64,000 bases of DNA, from NCBI GenBank assembly GCA_015200025.1, contig CP054186.1, positions 2,838,643 to 2,902,642 of the forward strand, in the 5' to 3' direction. Each line of letters opens with the position of its first letter. Positions within the stretch are counted from its first letter, which is position 1. Of the stretch, positions 45,595 through 55,890 are shown piece by piece. The notes under the pieces are model-generated. The model did no database searches, had not been told where the DNA came from, and saw only the letters and a program-made list of their open reading frames with translations. The DNA comes from Phycisphaeraceae bacterium (GTDB lineage Bacteria > Planctomycetota > Phycisphaerae > Phycisphaerales > UBA1924). Position numbers and translations under genes: made by a program.

Positions 45595-48500
45595 TCAGCG
45601 ACGGGGCGCGGTCAGGTCCGGCGGCGAATCGAGCACGATCGTCACCGGCCCCGCCCCGACGATCACCGCCCCGTCGATCACCGCGAGCGCGTGCGGCGCC
45701 TCGTACACCACCAGCGATTCGTCCGCCGCCACCCGCCCGCCGGGCAGTTCGAGCCACTGCAGCGAGACCGTGCGGTTCGACGACGAGTCCGAGACCGGTG
45801 TCTGATCAATGAACAACGCGGCGTCGTGCGTCAACGCGTAGAGCCGCGAGCCCCGGTCCGGTCCTCGGGCGTCCGCGCCGATCATCTCCCCGGCGGGGTT
45901 GAACACCGCGAGCCCACGCTCGGAGAACAGGGCGGCGTGACCCCCGGGGAGCGGGTGGATCATCGTCGGCTGGTCGGACTGACGCCGCCTCGCCCCCGCC
46001 AACCGGTCGTTGGTCCGCAGCGGCTCGGGGATGAACTCGCCCGACGACAGCGCCCCGGAGAAGAGCAGCCCCTCCTGGTTGACCACGTAGAAACGGTCCC
46101 CGGCGACCCAGCACTCCGAGGTCCGGCGTGCAGGCCGCGTGTCCGCGTGCCAGGCGATCCGCTCCCCGGCCATGTCCCACGCGAAAATCCCCGTGTCCAG
46201 CCCCACCAGCACCGTGCCCCCCGCCTGACGCACCCACCGCGGCGGGCCTTGGCCCAGCGACGGATCGGTCCGAGGCGTCGAGACCTGCCGGCCGCTCCTC
46301 GCCTCGAACGCCACCACCCCCTCGGCGTCGCTCGAGATCCCCGCCACCACCAGACGCCCCGCGGCGATCGCCGCGTCGTACACCCCCACGAACGGCAGCT
46401 GACGCGCCCACAGCGGCTTCCCCGTGCTCAGGTCGATCCCCACGCCCCGGCCCCGACGCGACAGCAGCACCGCCGTCCCGCGGTCCATCACCACCACCAC
46501 CTGATCCGGGCTCACGTCCCCGTCCAGGGGCGTCTGGATCCGCACGGCGCGGCTGGGGTCCGCCCGGCCCTCGGGCGGGAGGAGCCTCGCGAACTCCTGC
46601 GACGTCCACGACGTCGCGCCCGTCGCCGCGTCGATCCGCTCCAGGCGGGGGCCCATCTCCGTCGGCCACAGCAAGTACGTCGCGTCCCACCGCACGCTCA
46701 GCACCGTCGGCCTCTGCGCGTCCGACTCGAACCGCCGGACCCACAACGGGGCCAGCCGCCCGTCCTCCGTCCGGCGAGCGAACACCGCGACCTCGGGCGC
46801 CAAACGCGCGAACATCGGGACCTGGTCCGACGCCGCCCACTCGGTGAACCGCGCCGGCGCGGGCGTCCATCCCGCGATCACGTCGGGGCGGCCGACCACC
46901 GCGAGGCCCACGACCGGGGGAGTCTGACGCGAAGACAACCGGCCTTCAAGATCCGCCCGGAGGCTCCCCACGTTCAGCGGCGTCGCGCCCACCTTGGGGG
47001 CCAACCCGGGCGATTCGGCGGCCAGCCGACGGATCAGCCGGTCCGCCTCGCCCAGACGCCCCGACGACGCGAGCGACTCGATCAGGAGCCCCGACGCCTG
47101 CATGGTCTCGTCCGCCTCGGGCTGACGCGTGATCCGCGCCAGGGTCCGCGAGGCGTCCAGCGCGCGGGCCAGCGCCTTGATCCGCGGGGCCTCCGCGCCG
47201 GGCGCCGCGTACGCACGGGCGGCGGCCAGGAGCACGCCCGGCGTCGATCGCGCCAGCGGGAAACGCGACGCCAGCGATTCCAATTCGTCCGGACCGGGCG
47301 AGGGGCCCAGCGACCGAAGCTCCGCCTCCGCCTGCGCCGAGTACGGTTCGTACGGCGCGTACCCCACGGCCAGGATCAGCGTCGTCAGGCGCTCGCGCGC
47401 GTACGGGCCCGCCGAGACCCGCAGCCTCACGTCCGGCCCGCGGGCCGCCGGGGCCTCGTGCGGGGGGACCACCGACGCCACCGACAGCTCGGCGTCCGCC
47501 AGCACGACTTGGTAGGCCTCGACCGCGCGGGCGTGCTGACCGAGCAGCGCCCGCGCGTGGGCCGCGGTCACCCAGAACCGCGCCCGCTCCTGGGGCGTGT
47601 CCGCCGCCCGCGACGCCCGCGCCAGCACCTGGTCCAGCGACCCCGCGTCCGGCGCGGGCTCCGCACCCGCGGGGTCCACCGCCCGCAGCAGCAGCTCGAA
47701 CAGCCTCTGACGCGCCGCCCGCGCCGTCGTCGAGAACGGGTCCAGGTCGGCCGCGTCCAGCACCCGGTCCGCGACCCCCGGGATGCCCTCCCGGCGTCCC
47801 GCGCGGATCGCGATCTCGATGTACGTCAACGCCGCGTCCGTGTCCTCGGGCCGGCGGGCGATCCGCGAGAGCAGCCTCGGCTCGGCCGCCTCCCACGACA
47901 GGAAACTGCTCAGCATCCCCGTGTCGGCGACCACCAGCGCCCCCTCGCCCACCGCGAGGTTCCCCGTCCGCTCGAGCGCCAGCGCCCGCGTGTCGTCGGG
48001 GTTCTCGGGGTCGATCGACAGCACGCCCGTCCCGATGGGCACCAACAGCCTGTCCCCGGACGCCACCGCACGCCCCGACACCCCCGCGTCGCGCAGCGAG
48101 GGCGAGAGCCGCACTGTGGCGCCCGAGAAATCCGCCAGCGGGACGAAGTTGACGATCGACGTGCCCACCGCCGCGATGGTCCGACCGACCCGGACGATGT
48201 ACCGCGGGGCCCCCAGCTCGTCCGCCGCCCGCCGCTCGAGGATCGCCCCGTCACGCCGCCCAAGCCGCACGAGGTCCCCGCCCGCCGGTTCGAGCACCAC
48301 CACGCTCTCCCCGTCGATGATCGGCGCCGACCCCAGCCACGGCGCGGGCTCCATCCGCGGGCCGAAACCCGAATCGATCGCGATGGCCCGCCGGATCCAC
48401 ACGACCCGGCCCGACCGCGCCTCGATCGCCGACACCACCCCGTTCACGTCCGTCCGGTAGATGACCCCGCCCTCCGCGACCCCGATGTCCGACGGGCGGT

Positions 48501-49872
48501 GCGGGCGCGGGTACGGCGGGATCCCGACGCTGCACAGCGTCCGCGACCACAGCAACCGACCCGTGGCCAGGTCCAGCCCGACCATCATCGACGCCGCGAT
48601 CCGCTGCGCGTTCGAGACGCGGGCCAGCGCCAGGACGCACGTATCCTCCGTCAGCAGCGCCGGGCCGCGCACCGTTGCGCCCTCCAGCGCCCGGGCCAGC
48701 GTCGAGGGGTCTACGGACCACAGCACCCGCCCCGTCGCCGCGTCCAGCGCGTGCACGCGCGTGTCGCCTTCGCGCCGAAAGTTCGGGAGCGCGTACCCGC
48801 CCACCGCCACCAGCACCCCGCCCTTGACCGACACCGACGCCAGCTCCTCGAACTGCCGGGCCGCCTGGCCCACCGGGAGCCTCAGGCCCTCGTCGAACGT
48901 CCGCAGCCCGGCGAGGCCCGCCCCCGGACGCGAACTCCAGATCGGGACCAGCGTCGCCCGGTCCCACGCCGCGATCTCCGCCCCGTCGTTCGTGTACAGC
49001 GTCTCCCCGATGATCGACGGGGACACCCACGACGCCGGCACCGCCGTGCTCACCCGGACCGCCGACCCCGCGTCCGTCGCCGCCGCCGCGAAGGGAACCT
49101 CGGCCAGCGCCCGCGCGGGGGGGGCCTGTTCATCCAGCGGCGCGAACCCGCTCCGCGATGAGCGCTCCGCCACCAGCGCCAGCGCGGGAGGCTCGACCGC
49201 CGCCGGCGCCGCGCCCGCCTCGCCCGCGTCCGCACGCCACCGCGCCGCCAGGTCCAACGCCTCGGGCGTCCGCAGGTACCTCGTCAGCGACGTCGCCAGG
49301 CCCGCGGCCCGAGAGGCCGCCGCGCGGTCCCGGACCCGGTCCGGGTGCGCCGTCAGCCCGCGCAGCACCAGCAACGCCGTCTCGAAACGTGCCGCTTCCA
49401 GCTCCTCCTGCGCGACCCTCAGGGCCGCCTCGAGCCCCGGCGTCGTCAGCAGCACCCGACGCTCCGCCTCGCGGTAGCGCCCCTCGCTCATCAGCCTCGC
49501 CGCCACCGGCGCCAGGTCGCGCCGGAACGCCTCCAGCAGCGCCGGATCGCCCAGGAGCGCCCCGTGCACCCGCGCGCGCACGCTCACAAAGACATTCGGC
49601 TCGCCCTCCACCGCGACAACCCGCTCGCCCTCGGTGTCCAGCAAGAGCGACAGGACCCGGACCGCCTCGGCGACGTTGCCCGCCGCCACCAGCTCGGGCG
49701 CACGCGTCAGCGTGTCGCGGGCCAGCACCGAGTCGTCCACAAAGACCTGCGTCACCTGGGCCCGCGCCGCCGGCGACGCCAGCGCCAGCACGGCCGCCGC
49801 CGCGACCGACCACCACACGCGGCGTGCGTTCGCGGCGGGCCGCGGGGGGACGCTTCGGGAAGGCTCGTGCAT
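45595..49872 (-). CDS. Very large secreted protein with an N-terminal helical/TPR-like region and multiple PQQ/BamB-like beta-propeller repeats
   Basis: A signal peptide (RRVWWSVAAAAVLALASPAARAQV) follows Met 49872. Motifs of the type ...G.V.A.D..TG..LW recur throughout. Confidence 0.7.
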   Translation of the reverse strand: MHEPSRSVPPRPAANARRVWWSVAAAAVLALASPAARAQVTQVFVDDSVLARDTLTRAPELVAAGNVAEAVRVLSLLLDTEGERVVAVEGEPNVFVSVRARVHGALLGDPALLEAFRRDLAPVAARLMSEGRYREAERRVLLTTPGLEAALRVAQEELEAARFETALLVLRGLTAHPDRVRDRAAASRAAGLATSLTRYLRTPEALDLAARWRADAGEAGAAPAAVEPPALALVAERSSRSGFAPLDEQAPPARALAEVPFAAAATDAGSAVRVSTAVPASWVSPSIIGETLYTNDGAEIAAWDRATLVPIWSSRPGAGLAGLRTFDEGLRLPVGQAARQFEELASVSVKGGVLVAVGGYALPNFRREGDTRVHALDAATGRVLWSVDPSTLARALEGATVRGPALLTEDTCVLALARVSNAQRIAASMMVGLDLATGRLLWSRTLCSVGIPPYPRPHRPSDIGVAEGGVIYRTDVNGVVSAIEARSGRVVWIRRAIAIDSGFGPRMEPAPWLGSAPIIDGESVVVLEPAGGDLVRLGRRDGAILERRAADELGAPRYIVRVGRTIAAVGTSIVNFVPLADFSGATVRLSPSLRDAGVSGRAVASGDRLLVPIGTGVLSIDPENPDDTRALALERTGNLAVGEGALVVADTGMLSSFLSWEAAEPRLLSRIARRPEDTDAALTYIEIAIRAGRREGIPGVADRVLDAADLDPFSTTARAARQRLFELLLRAVDPAGAEPAPDAGSLDQVLARASRAADTPQERARFWVTAAHARALLGQHARAVEAYQVVLADAELSVASVVPPHEAPAARGPDVRLRVSAGPYARERLTTLILAVGYAPYEPYSAQAEAELRSLGPSPGPDELESLASRFPLARSTPGVLLAAARAYAAPGAEAPRIKALARALDASRTLARITRQPEADETMQASGLLIESLASSGRLGEADRLIRRLAAESPGLAPKVGATPLNVGSLRADLEGRLSSRQTPPVVGLAVVGRPDVIAGWTPAPARFTEWAASDQVPMFARLAPEVAVFARRTEDGRLAPLWVRRFESDAQRPTVLSVRWDATYLLWPTEMGPRLERIDAATGATSWTSQEFARLLPPEGRADPSRAVRIQTPLDGDVSPDQVVVVMDRGTAVLLSRRGRGVGIDLSTGKPLWARQLPFVGVYDAAIAAGRLVVAGISSDAEGVVAFEARSGRQVSTPRTDPSLGQGPPRWVRQAGGTVLVGLDTGIFAWDMAGERIAWHADTRPARRTSECWVAGDRFYVVNQEGLLFSGALSSGEFIPEPLRTNDRLAGARRRQSDQPTMIHPLPGGHAALFSERGLAVFNPAGEMIGADARGPDRGSRLYALTHDAALFIDQTPVSDSSSNRTVSLQWLELPGGRVAADESLVVYEAPHALAVIDGAVIVGAGPVTIVLDSPPDLTAPRR

Positions 49873-50032
49873 GCGGTCCGGCTCCCGTGGCGGGCGCACG
49901 GTCCGGGAGTTCCCCGGCCGCGGGCCCATAACCACGGTTCGGGCCTCGCCGACCCGCGGTTCGGCAAGTTTAGTCGGTCCGCCCCCCGGCACAACTCAAG
50001 CCCGGCGCAAGATCCGCCGATCGCTGACGGCG

Positions 50033-50491
50033 ATGTCGACCTTCGTGTCGGCGCGGGCCCTCCAGCCCGAGCCCCTGGACAGCCCCGACCCAGCCCCCGC
50101 GGCCGCCCCCACGGCCCGCCCGACGCGGGTCTCGCTCGTGCTCCTGGCTGTCGCGATGGTCTCCCTCCTCGACCTCGACCTGACGCTCCACTACGCCGGG
50201 ACCACCGGCATGATCGAGCACAACCCCATCGCCCGAGAACTCCTCGCCACCGGGTCCGTCGGGCTCGTGGTGCTCTGGAAGGTCCTCACCGCCGGGCTGG
50301 CCATCGGCATCCTCTACGCCCACCGCCGCCACCGCTCCGCCGAGCTGGGCGCCTGGCTCTGCCTGGCCATCATGCTCTGGCTCACCGCCCGCTGGGTCCA
50401 CTTCAACAGCGAGGTGTCCCTCCTGGCCTGCCCGGAGTTCCGCGAGGCCGTCAGCGCCGACCCCCGCTGGGTCGTCCTGGCGAAGGAATAG
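50033..50491 (+). CDS. DUF5658-like small membrane protein
   Basis: SLLDLDLTLHYAGTTGMIEHNPIAREL and three or four TM segments support the call. The family assignment is from memory. Confidence 0.5.
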   Translation: MSTFVSARALQPEPLDSPDPAPAAAPTARPTRVSLVLLAVAMVSLLDLDLTLHYAGTTGMIEHNPIARELLATGSVGLVVLWKVLTAGLAIGILYAHRRHRSAELGAWLCLAIMLWLTARWVHFNSEVSLLACPEFREAVSADPRWVVLAKE

Positions 50492-51575
50492 GGCCGGGGC
50501 TCTTCGCCCCCAGCCGCCCCACAAGAAGGATCGCCTCGATCAGCGCCCAGGCGCACGCCGCGGGCACGAGCCACCACAGCCGCGGGCCCAGCGCCGCGAG
50601 CGTGCGGTCGATCAGTTCGCCCGCGTTGCCCTTCCAGAGCCCCTTGGCCAGCCCCAGGATCGGGTGCGGGCGGAGCATCGCCCGGGCTGTGGGCGAGGCG
50701 GTCCACTCGACCCCGCGTCGCCCCTTGCCCGCCGCCGCGAGGACCGCGTCGTCGCCGACCTTCGCGCCCGCGACCGTCCCCGTGCGCACGAGTTCGCCCG
50801 CCCGGTCCGGCGCCGCGTGGAGCAGCATCGCCGACGCCCCGGGGTTCTTCGAAGAGAGGGCCGCGAGCCGGGCGGCGTCGGCGGGCGTCTCGCACAGCCT
50901 CAGGGCCCGTGTGGCGCCACCGGGCGAGAGCGACCTCGACAGTGACGCCACGTGATCGCACAGCGACGCGAGGTCGCCCCAACGGCCGCGCCTCGCCGCG
51001 TCGGTCACGTGCGAGGCCAGCCCCGGGGAGAGCGCCCCGGAGCGGCGGGCCGACTTGAGGACCGACGGCGCCCAGTCGATCGCGGGCGCCAGCGTGGTCG
51101 CCAGCCCCGCGGCCGAGAGGGCGGTGATCACCGGGTCGGGCTCGCCCCCGGTGGTGATCTCGACCGCTTGGATCACCAGGTCGCGGACGTCACCGACCAC
51201 GAAGAAATCGGCCCCCAGCGCCCCGATGAGCCGCTCGGCGGACCCGCCACGCCCCGTCAGCGCGCCCACGCCCACCTCGCGGGCGATGCGGGCCCACCGC
51301 TCGCGTTCCTTCGCGGCGGCGTCCTTCGCGGCGAGCAACCGCGCTCGGGCCGGGCCCTCGGCGAACCCCAGGGCCGCGTCCGCCACGACCTCCGCTTCCC
51401 CGAGCCGATCCTCGGCGACGAGCCTCTCGACCTCGGCGGGCCAGTCGTGGTCGGGCAGGGCGGCGAACCGGAGCGTCGCGAGCCGGCGCGGCACCTCGCC
51501 CGCCAGGACCGCGGCCAGCGCGAGGGCGGCCGCGAGCCGGAGCAGGTTCCACCGGGCTGACCAGAGGGCGCGCAT
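50451..51575 (-). CDS. Hypothetical membrane protein
   Basis: It has N- and C-terminal TM segments. It lies 3 nt downstream of the DUF4230 gene. Its 3' end overlaps the convergent 50033-50491 gene by 41 nt. Confidence 0.4.
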   Translation of the reverse strand: MRALWSARWNLLRLAAALALAAVLAGEVPRRLATLRFAALPDHDWPAEVERLVAEDRLGEAEVVADAALGFAEGPARARLLAAKDAAAKERERWARIAREVGVGALTGRGGSAERLIGALGADFFVVGDVRDLVIQAVEITTGGEPDPVITALSAAGLATTLAPAIDWAPSVLKSARRSGALSPGLASHVTDAARRGRWGDLASLCDHVASLSRSLSPGGATRALRLCETPADAARLAALSSKNPGASAMLLHAAPDRAGELVRTGTVAGAKVGDDAVLAAAGKGRRGVEWTASPTARAMLRPHPILGLAKGLWKGNAGELIDRTLAALGPRLWWLVPAACAWALIEAILLVGRLGAKSPGPIPSPGRPSGGRR

Positions 51576-51578
51576 GGG

Positions 51579-52277
51579 TTACTCGTCGCCGAAGACGATC
51601 ACGGCCCGCTTCCCCGGCGCGATCGTCGAGACCAACGAGGACAACTGGTCGCGGGTGAGGTCCCGGACCTGCCGGGCCTGGTCGGCGTCGAGGACGAGAC
51701 GCTGGGCCCGCAGGTGCAGGTCGCGCCGGGCGAGGCCCAGGTGCCGTTCGCCCGCGCCCTCGCGCGACCGTAGCCACCCCGCCCGGACCTCCGCCCGCTC
51801 GAACTGCCCGAGCACCTCGCCCGACACCCGTGACGGGGGAGGGACGGTCAGCCGGATCAGCCCGAGCGTCTCGCTCCATTCCACCGCGTCGTCGGGCAGC
51901 CCCGAGAGGTCGCACCCGTAGAGCAGCCTGACCGGGGCGGTGACGGCGGCTTCCACGTCGCCCATCACGCTCCGCTCGAAGGACCGTGACGTCACCTCGG
52001 TCCGGATCTCGACCGTCACGACCTTGAGGGCACGCAGCGCCACCCGGACCGCGACGGCCCGGTCGAGCGTGATCGGCGCGACGGACTCCCCGGGCGTCGC
52101 CCCCGCCGGCAGGGGCTGACCCGCGGACCGCTCCAGTCGCCGGAGCCCCCACGCCAGGGCCACGAACACGACCGCCGCGGCGGCCAGCGTCCAGACCCGC
52201 ACCCACGCGCGACGACGGGCGAGCGCACGCCCGGGCGGCCCGGCTATCGTGGTGGAGGTGGGCTCGCGCGGGCTCAT
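51579..52277 (-). CDS. DUF4230 family protein
   Basis: An N-terminal TM segment is followed by the pattern ALKVVTVEIRTEVT ... VRLLYGCDL ... IRLTVPPP typical of DUF4230 (from memory). Confidence 0.55.
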   Translation of the reverse strand: MSPREPTSTTIAGPPGRALARRRAWVRVWTLAAAAVVFVALAWGLRRLERSAGQPLPAGATPGESVAPITLDRAVAVRVALRALKVVTVEIRTEVTSRSFERSVMGDVEAAVTAPVRLLYGCDLSGLPDDAVEWSETLGLIRLTVPPPSRVSGEVLGQFERAEVRAGWLRSREGAGERHLGLARRDLHLRAQRLVLDADQARQVRDLTRDQLSSLVSTIAPGKRAVIVFGDE

Positions 52278-52282
52278 GCCTG

Positions 52283-52969
52283 TTGTATCGTCCGGGAGGC
52301 GTCGAGTTGCCCAATGACCCCGACACGGCACGCGAGACGCCGGGCGTGGGCCAGCGCCGAGCGTCGCGCCCCGCGGTCTTCCTCGACCGCGACGAGACGA
52401 TCATCCCGAATCGGGCCGTCACCGAATGCACCGCGACGCCGGGCGATCTTTACGACCCCTCGCTCGTTCGGCTCCTGCCCGGCGCGGGCGAGGCCTTGGG
52501 CGAACTCAGCCGCGCGGGATGGCCGCTCGTGGTCGTGACGAATCAGGGGGGGCTCTCGCACGGGCTGGGGACCATCGAGCAGGTCCATGCCGTCAACGCG
52601 CGGATGGCCGACCTGCTCCGCCCCTTCGACGCCGCCCTCGCGGGGGTCTACCTGGCGCCCTTCCGCCCGGGGGCGACGTTCGGACGGTACGCCTCTGACC
52701 CCGACCGCCTCCGCAAGCCTGGGCCCGGGATGCTCCTCGCCGCCGCTCGCGATCTGGGCCTTGACCTGCCCGGCTCGTGGATGGTGGGCGACGCCGAGCG
52801 GGACGTCGAGGCCGGGATCGCCGCGGGGCTCGACCCCTCGCGTTGCCTCCGCGTCGGCACCCCCGCGATCCCCGACCTGGCGGCCGCGGCTTCGATCATC
52901 CTCCGCTCCGGCCCGCCCGCGGAGATCGTGGGCGGCGGTGGTGGTGGGGGGACCCCGCGGATAGAGTGA
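52283..52969 (+). CDS. gmhB: HAD-IIIA phosphatase, GmhB-like (D,D-heptose 1,7-bisphosphate phosphatase)
   Basis: VFLDRDETI, VVVTNQGG, RKPGPGML and WMVGDAERDVEAG are the four HAD motifs. The gene is adjacent to a heptosyltransferase. Confidence 0.7.
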   Translation: MYRPGGVELPNDPDTARETPGVGQRRASRPAVFLDRDETIIPNRAVTECTATPGDLYDPSLVRLLPGAGEALGELSRAGWPLVVVTNQGGLSHGLGTIEQVHAVNARMADLLRPFDAALAGVYLAPFRPGATFGRYASDPDRLRKPGPGMLLAAARDLGLDLPGSWMVGDAERDVEAGIAAGLDPSRCLRVGTPAIPDLAAAASIILRSGPPAEIVGGGGGGGTPRIE

Positions 52970-52975
52970 TCGACG

Positions 52976-53266
52976 ATGGAAGTTTCGACCGTCCGGCTCC
53001 GGGCCCTCTCGGGCGCCCCGCTCAAGGACCCCAAGGTCCGCGCGATGGTCGTGGCGACGGCGGAGGCCATCGCCGAGCGGACCGGCGTCACGCTCGCGGG
53101 CGTCCACGCCGAGGACCACGCGGTGACCGTCACGCTCCCGTTGGACAAGCTCGCGTGCCTGGGGTTCCTCGCCGAGCTGCGCCGGCTGACCAACGCCTGG
53201 TACGCCGGGAAGCACCACGGGCTCTCGCTCTGGGGCGACGAGCCCGACGTGTGGGACGCGGGGTGA
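52976..53266 (+). CDS. Small hypothetical protein
   Basis: It is an open frame packed tightly between gmhB and the GT9 gene. No motif was recognised. Confidence 0.35.
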   Translation: MEVSTVRLRALSGAPLKDPKVRAMVVATAEAIAERTGVTLAGVHAEDHAVTVTLPLDKLACLGFLAELRRLTNAWYAGKHHGLSLWGDEPDVWDAG

Positions 53267-53270
53267 CACG

Positions 53271-54380
53271 ATGAGCCACGCCGACCCCGCCTCATCCCAA
53301 GACCGATCCGACCCCGCGCGTCCCCGTCGCGTGCTGGTCGTGATGCCCAGCTGGCTGGGGGACGCGGTGATGGCGACGCCCGCGCTGCGGGTGATCCGCC
53401 GCGGGCTCCCCGGGGCGCTGATCGGGGTGCTGGTGCGTCCGGGGATCGACCAGGTGCTCGCCGGGCTCGATCTGTACGACGAGGCGCACGTCGCGCACTG
53501 GGGCGGGGTGATGGGCCCCAAGGTGGCGGCCGGGAAGGTCCGCCACGGGCGGTACGACGCCGCCGTCATCCTCGCCAACTCGTTCTCGACCGCCCTCGCG
53601 GTGCGCATGGCGGGGATCCCCCGGCGGATCGGGTACGACCGCGATCTCCGCGGCCTTTTGCTCACCGACCGCCTCGCCGCCCCGACCCGATCCGACGGGC
53701 GCTGGGCGCCGATCCCCGCGGTTCGGTATTACCTCGAGCTCGCCCGCGCGCTCGTCGGGGGCGAGATCGACGCCGACCCGGGGTTCCTCGAACTGGGCTG
53801 TACCCCGGGCGATGAGCGCGACGCCGAGGGCGTGCTCGGGCGTGCGGGCGTCGCCGCCGGGACGCCCTACGCCGTCCTCAACCCGGGCGGGAACAACGAG
53901 GCCAAGCGATGGCCTGTCGATCGGTTCGCGTCGATCGGCGCGTGGTTGAGGGAGTCGCGCGGGCTCGCGGTGCTGATCAACGGCTCCCCCGGCGAGGCCG
54001 ACCTGTGCGACGCGGTGGCGGCCGGGTGCGGCGGGGCGTCGCTGCCCGGGGCCGGCGTGACGCTCGGGGCGCTCAAACCCATCGTCCGCGGCGCCTCGAT
54101 CATGGTCACCAACGACACCGGGCCCCGCCACATCGCGGCGGCCTTCGGCGTCCCCCTCGTCACCCTCTTCGGGCCCACCGACCACCGATGGACCACCATC
54201 CCCACCAGGCCTTCCGGGCCCGAGGCGATCGTCCTGGCCGACCCCACCCTGCGCGACGACGAGGTCGCCAACGACGATCCCGAGCGTTCGAGGATCGATC
54301 GGATCTCGACCGCCGACGTTCGATCGGCGTGCGAACGCGTGCTGAACCTCAGCGGGAAGCCGGCTCCGTCGGCCTCGTGA
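53271..54380 (+). CDS. Glycosyltransferase family 9 (ADP-heptose:LPS heptosyltransferase)
   Basis: RVLVVMPSWLGDAVMATPALRVIR, VLNPGGNNEAKRWP and TNDTGPRHIAAAFGVPLVTLFGPT match the family. Confidence 0.85.
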   Translation: MSHADPASSQDRSDPARPRRVLVVMPSWLGDAVMATPALRVIRRGLPGALIGVLVRPGIDQVLAGLDLYDEAHVAHWGGVMGPKVAAGKVRHGRYDAAVILANSFSTALAVRMAGIPRRIGYDRDLRGLLLTDRLAAPTRSDGRWAPIPAVRYYLELARALVGGEIDADPGFLELGCTPGDERDAEGVLGRAGVAAGTPYAVLNPGGNNEAKRWPVDRFASIGAWLRESRGLAVLINGSPGEADLCDAVAAGCGGASLPGAGVTLGALKPIVRGASIMVTNDTGPRHIAAAFGVPLVTLFGPTDHRWTTIPTRPSGPEAIVLADPTLRDDEVANDDPERSRIDRISTADVRSACERVLNLSGKPAPSAS

Positions 54381-54666
54381 GTTCCACCGCGTACGACGAG
54401 CCCCCCGCCCCCCGGCCCACGCGGACCACGCGGCCGTGGATGAACTCGTCGGTCCGGAGGATCGGCTGGTTCTCCCACCCCACCGCCACGTCCACGATAT
54501 CGCCAACGATCGGCGGTTCGCCCCCGGCGGCCTCGATCAGCAGCCCGTGCTCCGACGCGTCCGCCGTGGTCCCGGGTAGGTACCGCCACGTCCCGCGGTG
54601 GAAAACCTTGCACGGACGCCGCACGGGCGTCCTCGGTTCGCGTCGGCGTTCGTTCGTCGCGTTCAT
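54349..54666 (-). CDS. PilZ domain protein
   Basis: RREPR ... DASEHG fits the RxxxR / DxSxxG motifs for c-di-GMP binding. Confidence 0.65.
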   Translation of the reverse strand: MNATNERRREPRTPVRRPCKVFHRGTWRYLPGTTADASEHGLLIEAAGGEPPIVGDIVDVAVGWENQPILRTDEFIHGRVVRVGRGAGGSSYAVELTRPTEPASR

Positions 54667-54798
54667 GGCCCCTTCTTTCGGTTGCGTCGTCGGTCGTCGG
54701 CCTCATTGCATCGGCCCGCCGACCGCCCGACTTTCCGGACCACGAACGAACACGCCCGAAACTCGCCCCCCGCCCGACCCGGGGTCGATATCGGACCG

Positions 54799-55836
54799 AT
54801 GCTCGCCAGCGTCCTGATCCCCACGTACCGCCGGCCCGCCAGGCTCGCCGCCTGTCTCCGGGCCCTGTCGGCCCAGACGATCGACGGCTTCGAGGTTCTC
54901 GTCGGGATCGACGGGCCCGACGGGGAGTCCGTGTCCGCCGCCCGCGGGGCGTGGTCGGTCGACCCCGCGAGGCTGACCGTCGCCGAGTTCCCGCGCGAGG
55001 GGTACAACGCGTCGCGGAACCGGCTGCTCGCCGCCGCTCGCGGGCGCGTGATGATCTCGATCAACGACGACGTGGCACCCGACCCGGCGTTCGTCGAGGT
55101 CCATACCCGAGAGCACGCGCCGGGCGTGGCGAACGGCCGGCCCGCGGTCGTGGTGGGGCGGTCGCCGTGGCGAAGGCCCGCCGACCCGACCGTGTTCGAC
55201 CTGCTCGTCCAACGCACCTCGATGATTTTCTTCTACGACCGCATGGACACGCCCGAGGGGCTCGCCGACCCGGGCCGCGATTGGGGCTACCGCCACGCGT
55301 ACGGGCTCAACCTGTCCGCGCCGTTGGATCTGGTCCGCCGCGCGGGGGGCTTCACCGCCCTCCCGCTCGCCTACGGGTACGACGACCTCGAGCTCGCGTG
55401 GCGTCTCAAAGCCCACTTCGGCCTGCCGGTCCTCTACCGCCCCGGGGCGCACGCCGAGCACGACCACCGGTACACCCCGGCCGAGGTCCTCGACCGCGAA
55501 GAGCGGCTGGGGTCGTCGGCGTGGGGGTTCGCGTGGGCCCGCCCGGCGTTCGCCATCGACCTCTTCGGGCGCGACCTGCGCTCCCCCGCCGAGTCGGCCT
55601 ACGCCCGTGCTTTCGTCGAGCGTGAATCGGCGGCCGCCGACCGCGCCCGTGAGGGCTTCCTCGCCCTGGGTCGAACGCCCGCGCCGGCCTCGAACGACCC
55701 GGCGTCGCCCGCGCTGATCCGATGGGCCGCCGAGGGGGCCCGCCTCCTCCGCCGCTGGCATTGGAACACCGGGTACCTCAGGGCGGCCCACGCTTCGGCG
55801 GGGGCCTTGGGGCCCGCGCTGGCACGCCCGGCCTGA
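54799..55836 (+). CDS. Glycosyltransferase family 2
   Basis: ASVLIPTYRRPARLAACLRALSAQT and the DxD-like INDDV support the call. Confidence 0.8.
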   Translation: MLASVLIPTYRRPARLAACLRALSAQTIDGFEVLVGIDGPDGESVSAARGAWSVDPARLTVAEFPREGYNASRNRLLAAARGRVMISINDDVAPDPAFVEVHTREHAPGVANGRPAVVVGRSPWRRPADPTVFDLLVQRTSMIFFYDRMDTPEGLADPGRDWGYRHAYGLNLSAPLDLVRRAGGFTALPLAYGYDDLELAWRLKAHFGLPVLYRPGAHAEHDHRYTPAEVLDREERLGSSAWGFAWARPAFAIDLFGRDLRSPAESAYARAFVERESAAADRAREGFLALGRTPAPASNDPASPALIRWAAEGARLLRRWHWNTGYLRAAHASAGALGPALARPA

Positions 55837-55890
55837 GCCCGCGTACGCTCGCCTGCGGCCGGTGACCCACCCGCCGACTTGGAGCGAGCG

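Noticed and set aside
45691-49161. A 1156-aa ORF on the + strand opposite the PQQ/TPR giant protein. The same applies to 34739-37702 (minus), 58732-61158 (plus) and 8222-9991 (plus).
   Set aside because: These are Arg/Pro/His-rich translations with no domains. The opposite or alternate frame contains recognisable conserved proteins (S41 protease, Topo VI B, PurD).
50451-50491. The 41-nt convergent 3' overlap of the DUF5658 gene and the 374-aa hypothetical gene, considered as a regulatory feature.
   Set aside because: Both C-termini are low-confidence. The overlap may reflect an overextended ORF, and nothing else supports a function.
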